From an uncultured Candidatus Micrarchaeota archaeon (lineage in GTDB: Archaea > Micrarchaeota > Micrarchaeia > Anstonellales > Bilamarchaeaceae): a stretch of 64,000 bases of DNA. Shown here piece by piece: positions 56,971-64,000 of the stretch. The first letter of the stretch is position 1. Each line of letters begins with the position of its first letter. A model generated the notes under the pieces. The model did not search any database. It had not been told where the DNA came from and saw only the letters and a program-made list of their open reading frames with translations. Location: assembly GCA_963714085.1 (NCBI GenBank), contig OY970229.1, positions 672,001 to 736,000 of the forward strand, given 5' to 3'. The position numbers and the translations under genes are program-made.

Positions 56971-57879
56971 CTATCGGCTCCGCAGCCAGTCCAGGTATAA
57001 CCCTGCGCCGTGCTCGAAACCGATTTTCGCGGACCAGCCCGTCTTCTCGATCTTGGAGCACTCCAGCAGCATCAGCCTCACGTCCCCGGCCCAGCCGCGC
57101 TCGCCTCCGGTGTAGACGGCTTCCGGCTTCACGCCCATGGACCTGGAGACGAACTGCGCGATCTCGTTCACGGTGCGCTTCTCCCGGCTGCCGGCGTTGT
57201 AGGCCTCGAAGACGCTCTTCTGGTTGCTGAAGGCGGCCATGGTCGCGGATACACAGTCCGAGACGTACAGATAGGACTTCTCCTGCCTGCCGTTGCCCAG
57301 GATCTCCAGCCTCTTGGGGTCGCTCCTGAGCTTCTGGTAGAAATCGAATATCACGCCGTGGGTGCTCCCGGGCCCGAAGACGTTGGCGTACCGCATCACT
57401 GTGGATTTGATGCCGTAGCTGTGCGCATAGCTGCCAGCGTAGGCCTCGCATGCGAGCTTGGACGCGCCATAGTTCGATATCGGCACGCAGGGGCACGTCT
57501 CCGGGGTCGGGACCGCCGCTTCTCCGTACACCGCGGAGGTCGAGGCGAGGACAAATCTTTCCACCCCGGATTTCCTGCACGCCTCCAGGACCCTGAACGT
57601 GCCCAGGACATTGTTGTCGAACGTCGCCTCGCTGTTGTCCGTGCTGAGGCGCACGTCGGGATCCGCCGCGAAATGGAACACGGCGTCGGCGCCTTGCAGC
57701 TCCTTGGTGAGCTCGTCGCGGGCTATGTCTTTTTTAGCGAAACCCGCCTTTTTCGGGACATTGGCAGTGCTGCCTGAGGCCAGGTTGTCCAGGACCACGA
57801 CGTCATTCCCCTGGCGCAGGAGCTCCTCCGCTATATGGGAGCCTATGAAACCTGCGCCTCCGGTAACCACTAGCTTCAT
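56971..57879 (-). CDS. NAD-dependent epimerase (UDP-glucose 4-epimerase-like)
   Basis: Start MKLVVTGGAGFIGSH at 57879; YGASK, RYANVFGP, GW.GDV. Confidence 0.92.
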   Translation of the reverse strand: MKLVVTGGAGFIGSHIAEELLRQGNDVVVLDNLASGSTANVPKKAGFAKKDIARDELTKELQGADAVFHFAADPDVRLSTDNSEATFDNNVLGTFRVLEACRKSGVERFVLASTSAVYGEAAVPTPETCPCVPISNYGASKLACEAYAGSYAHSYGIKSTVMRYANVFGPGSTHGVIFDFYQKLRSDPKRLEILGNGRQEKSYLYVSDCVSATMAAFSNQKSVFEAYNAGSREKRTVNEIAQFVSRSMGVKPEAVYTGGERGWAGDVRLMLLECSKIEKTGWSAKIGFEHGAGLYLDWLRSR

Positions 57880-57940
57880 GAGAAGAAGTTGGTGCGTTCT
57901 CTTAATAAAACATTTTGACCATCTGTTTTGTGGGAAGAAG

Positions 57941-58942
57941 ATGGATAACGAAGAGAAGATAGCGCTGCCCGATGGCATGCGCGAGCGCTACGAGAAGGCT
58001 GTCTACGGCATAGCCGGGAGGCACTCAGGGGTGCAGATATGCACCTGGACCAAGAAGGCGCTGCGCGGCCAGGGCGTGTGCTACAAGCAGAAGTTCTACG
58101 GCGTGGACTGCCATCGCTGCTGCCAGATGTCCCCATCCCTTGCCTGGTGCCAGCAGGCATGCATCTTCTGCTGGAGGCCCATGGAGTGGATGAAGCGGAC
58201 GAGCATGGGAAGCTCGGAGGTCGACGCGCCGGAGGCTATCATCGGGGAGTGCGTCGCCAAGCGCAGGAAGCTGATTGGCGGGATAGGCGGAGCAAAGGAT
58301 GTGCGGAGGGACGCGTTCGACGAGTCATTTGAAAAATTTCCATCGCACTGGGCGATCTCCCTCTCCGGAGAGCCGACCGTGTATCCGAGGCTCGGAGAGC
58401 TGGTGAAGGCGCTGAAGAAGCACGCGGAGGTGCGCAGCATGTTCATAGTCACCAATGGTCAGGAGCCGGAAAGGCTGGAGGCGATGGCGAGGGAATGTGC
58501 GCTACCCACGCAGCTCTACGTCTCCCTCACCGCTCCGGACAAGGGTTTCTTCAAGAAGATAAATCGCTCAAGGTACGAGGACGGCTGGGATAGGCTGAAC
58601 CGCACTTTGGAGCTGCTCCCTTCCCTGGATTGCAGGCGCGTGATACGGCTGACGCTGATAAAAGGCGTGAACGACGCAGAAGAGCATCTGTTGCCTTATG
58701 CGCGTCTATTGGAGAAAAGCAAGGCCGACTTCATCGAGATAAAATCCTACATGCACCTTGGTCTTTCCAGGGAGCGGCTCGAAAGGGAGAACATGGCGGA
58801 GCACAATTACATATTGGAGTGGGCTGGAAGACTCCTTGAACTGATGTCTGCCTACAGGTTGGAGGACGACGACGCGCAGTCGCGGATCGCGCTGCTAAAA
58901 CGGAAAGACAGCGCTTATGATAATATTATTAAGAAAGTGTGA
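57941..58942 (+). CDS. taw1: 4-demethylwyosine synthase (radical SAM, Tyw1/Taw1)
   Basis: HSGVQICTWTK, CYKQKFYG, CQQACIFCWR, AISLSGEPT.YP, PTQLYVSL. Confidence 0.95.
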   Translation: MDNEEKIALPDGMRERYEKAVYGIAGRHSGVQICTWTKKALRGQGVCYKQKFYGVDCHRCCQMSPSLAWCQQACIFCWRPMEWMKRTSMGSSEVDAPEAIIGECVAKRRKLIGGIGGAKDVRRDAFDESFEKFPSHWAISLSGEPTVYPRLGELVKALKKHAEVRSMFIVTNGQEPERLEAMARECALPTQLYVSLTAPDKGFFKKINRSRYEDGWDRLNRTLELLPSLDCRRVIRLTLIKGVNDAEEHLLPYARLLEKSKADFIEIKSYMHLGLSRERLERENMAEHNYILEWAGRLLELMSAYRLEDDDAQSRIALLKRKDSAYDNIIKKV

Positions 58943-58973
58943 CATATCCATAGTGATAACGGATGGTGTTGGT

Positions 58974-59423
58974 ATGACTCATGGCGTAGACGAACGTGTG
59001 CTTTCTGTGAAAACTGATGGTGACGCTGTCGTAGTGGTCTCTGAACCCAGTATGACGGCACGCCATGAGACCAGGTTCGACCTCGCAGATCCGAATGAGT
59101 GCAGATTGTTTTTGAGGACGATAAATGAAACCCCGGATCTCGGGAGTAGGATTGCGCTTGAGAACCAGCATCCGGTGGTCACCAAGGCAATCAAAAACCT
59201 GACCAGCAGCTTTGGCGACTCCAACGAAGCGCTGATAAAAAAGGACCTCGCAACGATAAATAGCGCCGGAAAAATCTATTCTGCGTATAAAACAGTCAAC
59301 AATGCCGTTCTGGCTGCGAACGAAAGTGCGGCCAAGAGAGGCATAGAGAAGCCTACGGACCTGAAGCCCATACTGACGGGGCAACGAAGAGACGATGTTA
59401 TCGCAAAAAACCTTGAAAGGTAA
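58974..59423 (+). CDS. Hypothetical protein (cassette gene A, copy 1)
   Basis: Paralog of 59986..60459; start uncertain. Confidence 0.65.
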   Translation: MTHGVDERVLSVKTDGDAVVVVSEPSMTARHETRFDLADPNECRLFLRTINETPDLGSRIALENQHPVVTKAIKNLTSSFGDSNEALIKKDLATINSAGKIYSAYKTVNNAVLAANESAAKRGIEKPTDLKPILTGQRRDDVIAKNLER

Positions 59424-59439
59424 TGCGATTGTTTTGACT

Positions 59440-59847
59440 TCAGTGAGAGGCATCTCCAGGGCAGATGCCGCGCTTTAGATCATACTGATGGGCGTTTTCG
59501 AGTATGTTCTCGATGTTGAGTAGTCTGCCCGCATCTTCCGTGTTTCCGGTCTTTATAAGGCGGGACCGCTCTTTCCGGACGTCATCCAGCACCTTGCGGT
59601 AGTTGTCGCCGCATTCCCCGCCCTGAACCAGAGCCTGATCCCAGGCCCGCATCTTCTCCGTGAGACGCACGTTTTCGGAATCCGGGTTCGCTTCAATGAC
59701 GTAGGAGGCGCCTATGAACGCCAGGGATGTTGCCAATGCCCCGACCAAAGGCAGTTTGTTCCTGACCCAGCGCCTGAAACGGCCTGTTTCGGTCCTCGCG
59801 GGATCCGCCGCTTTTTGTCGCGGCAGGGTTAGTGTTCTTTCATGCAT
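59440..59847 (-). CDS. Hypothetical single-TM protein (cassette gene B, copy 1)
   Basis: Paralog of 60474..60875; start at 59847 or 59843-region uncertain. Confidence 0.7.
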   Translation of the reverse strand: MHERTLTLPRQKAADPARTETGRFRRWVRNKLPLVGALATSLAFIGASYVIEANPDSENVRLTEKMRAWDQALVQGGECGDNYRKVLDDVRKERSRLIKTGNTEDAGRLLNIENILENAHQYDLKRGICPGDASH

Positions 59848-59985
59848 AATAGTCGCGTTATATGTTATGTTGTGTAGGTTTTAAAAGGGTTTTGGCGGAA
59901 TCGCCGTGGTAATCCGTCAGAGGCAGCCGCAGTAACGTTATTAAGGGGAAGTGAGATAATTATAGTGATAATGGGTGGTACTGAC

Positions 59986-60459
59986 ATGGTTGACGGAGAA
60001 GAAGTTAGCAGGGACATAAATAGCGTTAAAACAAGCGGAATCTGGAAGTATAATCCCCTTCCGCCTACGATCACCATCAACTCCCAACCGGACATACTGG
60101 GAAACCCGCACGAAACCAAATTCCACCTCAGCGAACCCGATGATTGCGAGGCTTTTTTGAAGACGCTCAACAGGCATGAGAAACTCCAGGAAGTGATGAA
60201 AGCGTTAGGCCAGGAATCGGCCGTCGTCAAGGCCATAGACAATCTGGCTGCGTCTTTCCCCGATTTAGACAAAAAGGAGCGGGATAAGAAAGCCGACTTG
60301 ATAACTTATGTGGGGAACAAGTTCGAAGGCAACAAACGGATTGCAGATGCCGTGGCATCCGCGAATCAGACCGCCGGGCGCAAGCCCCAAGGCGAACTCG
60401 CAATTGGTCGTGTGGAGAAGAGGTATGAACAGGAGATGGGAGAGAAACTGACGCGGTAA
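59986..60459 (+). CDS. Hypothetical protein (cassette gene A, copy 2)
   Basis: HETKFHLSEPDDCEAFLKTLN matches HETRFDLADPNECRLFLRTIN of copy 1; start uncertain. Confidence 0.65.
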   Translation: MVDGEEVSRDINSVKTSGIWKYNPLPPTITINSQPDILGNPHETKFHLSEPDDCEAFLKTLNRHEKLQEVMKALGQESAVVKAIDNLAASFPDLDKKERDKKADLITYVGNKFEGNKRIADAVASANQTAGRKPQGELAIGRVEKRYEQEMGEKLTR

Positions 60460-60473
60460 GCGTCGCGGGAACA

Positions 60474-60875
60474 TCAGCGACCGGCGTCCTTGGCGCATGC
60501 GGGATCCCTCATATCTGAGTTGTAGAGTTCCATCGCTGCGCGCTCCACATCGAAAAGCTTCTCCAGGCTTCGGGAGTCCCTTGCTTCCATACGACGGCTT
60601 ACTTCCTCCCGCACTTCGCCAAGCACTTTGAGGTACGTGCCGGTGTCGCAGCCCTTGCTAAAACCAAGTTCGGAATGCCATGCTTTTATCTTGGCGTCCA
60701 AGCTGACCTGGTCCGTTCCAACGACTGCCATGGTCCCTGCGAATGCGGATAGTGCCAACCCGCCGACCAAAGGAAGTGCATTCTTTCTGAGCCAGCGCCT
60801 GACACGGCCTGTTTCGGTTCTAGCATCCACGGCAGCCGCTTTTTGTGGCGGCGGGCCGAATAGTTTTCCTTGCAT
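60474..60875 (-). CDS. Hypothetical single-TM protein (cassette gene B, copy 2)
   Basis: QKAA..ARTETGR.RRW.R...LPLVG.LA shared with copy 1. Confidence 0.7.
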   Translation of the reverse strand: MQGKLFGPPPQKAAAVDARTETGRVRRWLRKNALPLVGGLALSAFAGTMAVVGTDQVSLDAKIKAWHSELGFSKGCDTGTYLKVLGEVREEVSRRMEARDSRSLEKLFDVERAAMELYNSDMRDPACAKDAGR

Positions 60876-60969
60876 AATAGTCGCATTATATGTTATGTTG
60901 TGTAGGTTTTAAAAGGTTTGGGGCGGGACCGCCGTTCTTCTTTAAAAGCGTTTGAACGGTAGTGTAGCC

Positions 60970-61428
60970 ATGGATGCGCTGACAAGGGCGGCAATGGGGA
61001 TCAACAACCCCGCACTCACGGCCGTGTCCCTGCTCTTGGACAACGACCTCTTCTTCGCCGTATTGATCCTGGCGATGATACTGCTGGCGGAGCGGAGGAA
61101 CGACAAACGCCTGAAGATAGTCTCCGCGATCGCCCTGGCGTTCATCGCAGGCTTCGCGCTCAAGGACATATACGCCATCCAGCGCCCGTGCTCAGGGGTG
61201 GGATGCCCGAGCGACTACTCCTTCCCCAGCCTGCATGCCGTTACGGCCTTCACCCTGATGATAGCGTTCCTGGACAAGAGGGAATACCCGATTTTCCTGG
61301 TCTTCGCGCTTTTCGTCGCTTTCACGCGGCTCAATCTGGGCGTCCATACGTTCGAGGACGTAGCCGGCGCGCTGCCGGTCGCGATACTGGCGTACCATAT
61401 CGTGGATTCGAGGTGGAAGGATGGATAG
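60970..61428 (+). CDS. PAP2-family membrane phosphatase
   Basis: K......RP, SFPSLH, TRL.LGVHT..DV. Confidence 0.92.
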   Translation: MDALTRAAMGINNPALTAVSLLLDNDLFFAVLILAMILLAERRNDKRLKIVSAIALAFIAGFALKDIYAIQRPCSGVGCPSDYSFPSLHAVTAFTLMIAFLDKREYPIFLVFALFVAFTRLNLGVHTFEDVAGALPVAILAYHIVDSRWKDG

Positions 61429-61975
61429 GGAGGAGAAGAGGCAGGCCATCCATTTCCTCGTGTGCATGGCTGCGCTCGCGGTGCTGCTCCTTTCCAGCAG
61501 GGACTGGCTGCTCGGCATCACCTTCAGCGTGCTGGTCGTGGGCATGCTGCTGATAAACATGACCATGCGTAAGAAGAGGATCCACCTGGTCGAATGGTTC
61601 GTGAGCGAATTCGAGCGCGAGGACGTGCGGTTCCCGGGCTGGGGCTCGGCCTGCCTCGCCACCGGAGTGCTCATACTCGCGGCCTACATGATGCAGCCGG
61701 CGCAGATAGCTGCCGGGCTGGTGGTCCTGGGCATCGGGGACGGGCTTTCCACCCTGGTCGGGAGGATGGGCTCGCACAGGCTGCCCTGGAACCGGAAGAA
61801 GACCTTGGAGGGCACGGGTGCGTTCTTCGCAGGAAGCCTCGTAGCGTGGGTATTCGTCGGCCCTGTCTCCGTGCCCCTTGCAGCCCTGGCAGCGCTCGGC
61901 GAGAGCCTGGACCTGGGCGTAGATGACAACCTGGTGATACCTATGGTGTGCACAATCGTGCTTTCGGTGCTTTGA
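61421..61975 (+). CDS. Dolichol/phytol kinase family (SEC59/DGK1/VTE5) protein
   Basis: RQAIH, GDGLSTLVG, KTLEG, DDNLVIP. Confidence 0.88.
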   Translation: MDREEKRQAIHFLVCMAALAVLLLSSRDWLLGITFSVLVVGMLLINMTMRKKRIHLVEWFVSEFEREDVRFPGWGSACLATGVLILAAYMMQPAQIAAGLVVLGIGDGLSTLVGRMGSHRLPWNRKKTLEGTGAFFAGSLVAWVFVGPVSVPLAALAALGESLDLGVDDNLVIPMVCTIVLSVL

Positions 61976-61976
61976 C

Positions 61977-62741
61977 ATGCCAGTGATACTTTTCACAAGG
62001 AGCAACGAGGCTAGCATCGCTATCGCGAAGAGGATGAGCGAAATCGCTCCGCATCCGGAAATCGAGCCAGTGGACGCCGGATCGGACAGCGCAATCAGCG
62101 TTCCGACCGATTTCGACACGGACTGCATAATCGTCCTTAGCCCGCACAGGAGCAAATCCGGCACCCCGGTGCTCACTGCGCACTTCCCGGGGAACTGGGA
62201 CAAGGCGGACATGGGCGGCAGGCCGAGGACGCTGAATATCGCCCACGGGGCGCTGCTGAAGACAATCGTCAGGGAGCTGGACGCCGCGGACAAGAGGCAC
62301 GGCCTTGGCTGGCCGGTATTCATCGAGGCAGACCACCACGGCCCTAGCGCGAAAGTGCCGATGATTTTCGTGGAGATCGGAAGCACGGAGAAGGAATGGA
62401 GGGACGAGAAGGCCGCGTTCGTCGTGGCCGAGGCGGTGGATAATGCGATGAGGAAGGCGAGGGAGCCCGGGGCCCCGGAGACGTTTTTCTGCGTTGGAGG
62501 GGGGCATTACGCGAAGGAGTTCACCAAGCTGGTCCTGGAGCGCGACGACTTCTGCGCCGGCCATATCTGCCCCAAGTACGCCATAGATTCGCTCGAAGAG
62601 GACACATTCAGGCAGGCGATAGAGAAGAGCACCGGGCCCGTGAAGCGCGTTATGGTCCTTAAAGAAGGCAGTAACGCCAGTCAGAAGAAGAAAGTGAGGG
62701 CCCTTTGCGAAAAGTGCGGCGTCGGGTACGAAGAGATCTAA
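61977..62741 (+). CDS. dtdA: Archaeal D-aminoacyl-tRNA deacylase (DTD2)
   Basis: S.H.S, LTAHFPGN, EA.HHGP, FVEIGS....W, GGGHYA. Confidence 0.93.
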   Translation: MPVILFTRSNEASIAIAKRMSEIAPHPEIEPVDAGSDSAISVPTDFDTDCIIVLSPHRSKSGTPVLTAHFPGNWDKADMGGRPRTLNIAHGALLKTIVRELDAADKRHGLGWPVFIEADHHGPSAKVPMIFVEIGSTEKEWRDEKAAFVVAEAVDNAMRKAREPGAPETFFCVGGGHYAKEFTKLVLERDDFCAGHICPKYAIDSLEEDTFRQAIEKSTGPVKRVMVLKEGSNASQKKKVRALCEKCGVGYEEI

Positions 62742-63079
62742 TATCCGAATCTTCGCTCGTAGTCCTTATGGCTGAACCATTCGAGGACAACTGTCAGTAT
62801 GGTTACCTGGTTGGCCCGTACGGTATAAATCAGCCGCCAGCCGTTTGGAAGATCGTATTTCCAAAGGTTGTCAATCTCGTATTTCTTGACGTAATCATCC
62901 GGCCACAGCTTCTTTGAGATCTTGATGCCGCTGAATGGGTCTTTCTTCAAGTCGTCGAAGGCACGATTGAGAAATTCGTACAGATGCGGCTCGGCTCCTT
63001 TCCCTTGTTTGAGCTCGTCAAATGCCCGTTTCAGTTTTTCGTCTGCAAAACCGACCATGGTCTCTTTAGGGGCGTTCAT
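62738..63079 (-). CDS. RelE/ParE-like putative toxin
   Basis: LKKDPFSG.KI, NLWKYDLPNGWRLIYT, H..Y..RF; ATGA-coupled to the upstream small gene. Confidence 0.7.
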   Translation of the reverse strand: MNAPKETMVGFADEKLKRAFDELKQGKGAEPHLYEFLNRAFDDLKKDPFSGIKISKKLWPDDYVKKYEIDNLWKYDLPNGWRLIYTVRANQVTILTVVLEWFSHKDYERRFGY

Positions 63080-63351
63080 CGGACCATTAAGTTCCTTTTC
63101 ACCACGTCTTCAACGCCCTTTGGATTCCAAATCCAGACCACCCTGCCGTCTTTTCTGTCGATGTAAACCTTGTTGGAATTCTCCAGATAATCCAGTATCA
63201 GCAGGAACGTCTGGTACATCATCTGCTTCGGCAGGTGTTTGAGAAGCTCGGCTTTCGTCGGATATTCCCCGGCTTTCTTCAAAGCTTCCTCTACCATCAT
63301 CACGGTGTCTAACCTAGGGTAATGCAGCACCTGCTGAACTGATCTAGTCAT
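63076..63351 (-). CDS. Small wHTH protein, putative antitoxin
   Basis: HYPRLDTV.MVE, L...LPK.MMYQT...ILDYLE.S.K; lies upstream of the toxin-like gene. Confidence 0.65.
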   Translation of the reverse strand: MTRSVQQVLHYPRLDTVMMVEEALKKAGEYPTKAELLKHLPKQMMYQTFLLILDYLENSNKVYIDRKDGRVVWIWNPKGVEDVVKRNLMVR

Positions 63352-63362
63352 GTGATTTTCAC

Positions 63363-63380
63363 CTATATAATATTATATAG
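63363..63380. promoter_or_regulatory. Perfect 18-bp palindrome CTATATAATATTATATAG upstream of the TA pair (putative operator)
   Basis: Read directly; lies between the TATA box and the RBS on the minus strand. Confidence 0.55.
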
Positions 63381-63413
63381 CATATAAGTTTATATAACTA
63401 CCTTTTGTTCTGG

Positions 63414-64000
63414 CTATAGCTTCCGGATTATGTTTCCGCGCCCGCGCTTGAACTTCTTCACATGGCCGGATTCCTCCAGCTCGCTCAGGATAAGGCTCAG
63501 CTTCGAATCCGAGAACCTCAGCTCTTCGCCCAGCTCCTTCTGCGTCGCCCTGCCTTCGTGGGACTCGAGCACGGCCAGAACGCTTTTCATGTCGTTGTCC
63601 AGTTCGGTTTTCCTAGGTTCGGGGGCTTTTTCCGTTGATTCCGAAACAGGCATCGAGACCGGTTTCCGGCTGAGATAGAAGAATGCCAGCAGGATTCCAA
63701 GGACGAGCAAGCCTCCGACGATGTAAACAACGTATCCATCGCCCACTGGTTTGAGCACGAGGTCCACCCGCTGGTCGTTGCTTCCTACCTTGATCGGTTC
63801 CTCGGCGTAGTAAGCAAGCGCTCCATCCGCGCCGAATGCGCTCGCGGATATGTTGTAATCCCCATCAGGGAGGAAAATCGAGTAGTTGCCCTTGTCCGTT
63901 ACGAGCTGGTAGGTGAATTCCCCATCCACGCTCAAAACGGTTTTGTTCAGCCTCTCCAGGCCGTTCCCGTAGATGTCGCCGAAAACGAAGGCGGCTGAAG
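63414..64000 (-). CDS. Membrane protein with an extracellular beta-rich domain, TM helix and C-terminal wHTH (5' end outside window)
   Basis: Frame is open to the window edge; TM VVYIVGGLLVLGILLAFFY; GRATQKEL...SKLSLILSELE..G.VKKFKRGRGNII. Confidence 0.8.
   Translation of the reverse strand, partial: SAAFVFGDIYGNGLERLNKTVLSVDGEFTYQLVTDKGNYSIFLPDGDYNISASAFGADGALAYYAEEPIKVGSNDQRVDLVLKPVGDGYVVYIVGGLLVLGILLAFFYLSRKPVSMPVSESTEKAPEPRKTELDNDMKSVLAVLESHEGRATQKELGEELRFSDSKLSLILSELEESGHVKKFKRGRGNIIRKL

Larger units (their letters stand above)
59843..60926. repeat. Near-identical ~55-bp promoter/5' segment repeated at approx. 59843-59898 and 60871-60926
   Basis: TGCATAATAGTCGC(G/A)TTATATGTTATGTTGTGTAGGTTTTAAAAGG occurs twice, about 1.03 kb apart. 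Confidence 0.85.

Noticed and set aside
1..64000. CRISPR array or cas genes; TnpB as Cas12f
   Set aside because: No regularly spaced repeat-spacer array was seen, and the TnpB has an IS-type right end instead.

Overview
GC-rich archaeal chromosomal segment, most consistent with a DPANN archaeon, probably Micrarchaeota. The taxon is inferred from TATA-box promoters, GGTGA-type RBSs, the proteasome alpha subunit, Tyw1, archaeal DTD, AMP phosphorylase plus R15P isomerase and an intron-containing tRNA-Tyr. (1) 1-5450: an operon of at least five paralogous signal-peptide membrane proteins whose shared motifs resemble the crenarchaeal DNA-import channel CedA (VirB6-like). One carries a large Cys-rich insertion, and the operon is divergent from a 1133-aa membrane-anchored orphan. 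(2) 8.9-28.8 kb: mostly housekeeping genes (PadR, AK6, ScpB, ArgF with a repetitive tail, S10, Mut7-C, R15P isomerase, AMP phosphorylase, tRNA-Tyr, CNNM, translin, PyrH, PsmA, HtpX/LemA, prepilin peptidase). They are interrupted by a solo TnpB with its omega-RNA end, an unassigned ~240-nt structured RNA followed by a 50-aa basic ORF, and two transglutaminase-like paralogs. (3) 26.8-57.9 kb: a ~31-kb surface-glycosylation island with a complete ADP-heptose pathway, two GT9-like transferases, a putative CDP/C-methyl branched-sugar pathway, flippases and GT-C-like proteins. (4) 57.9-64 kb: Tyw1, a tandemly duplicated two-gene orphan cassette, PAP2, a polyprenol kinase, DtdA and a RelE-like toxin-antitoxin pair. 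All calls come from motif recognition by eye; no database search or folding calculation was run.
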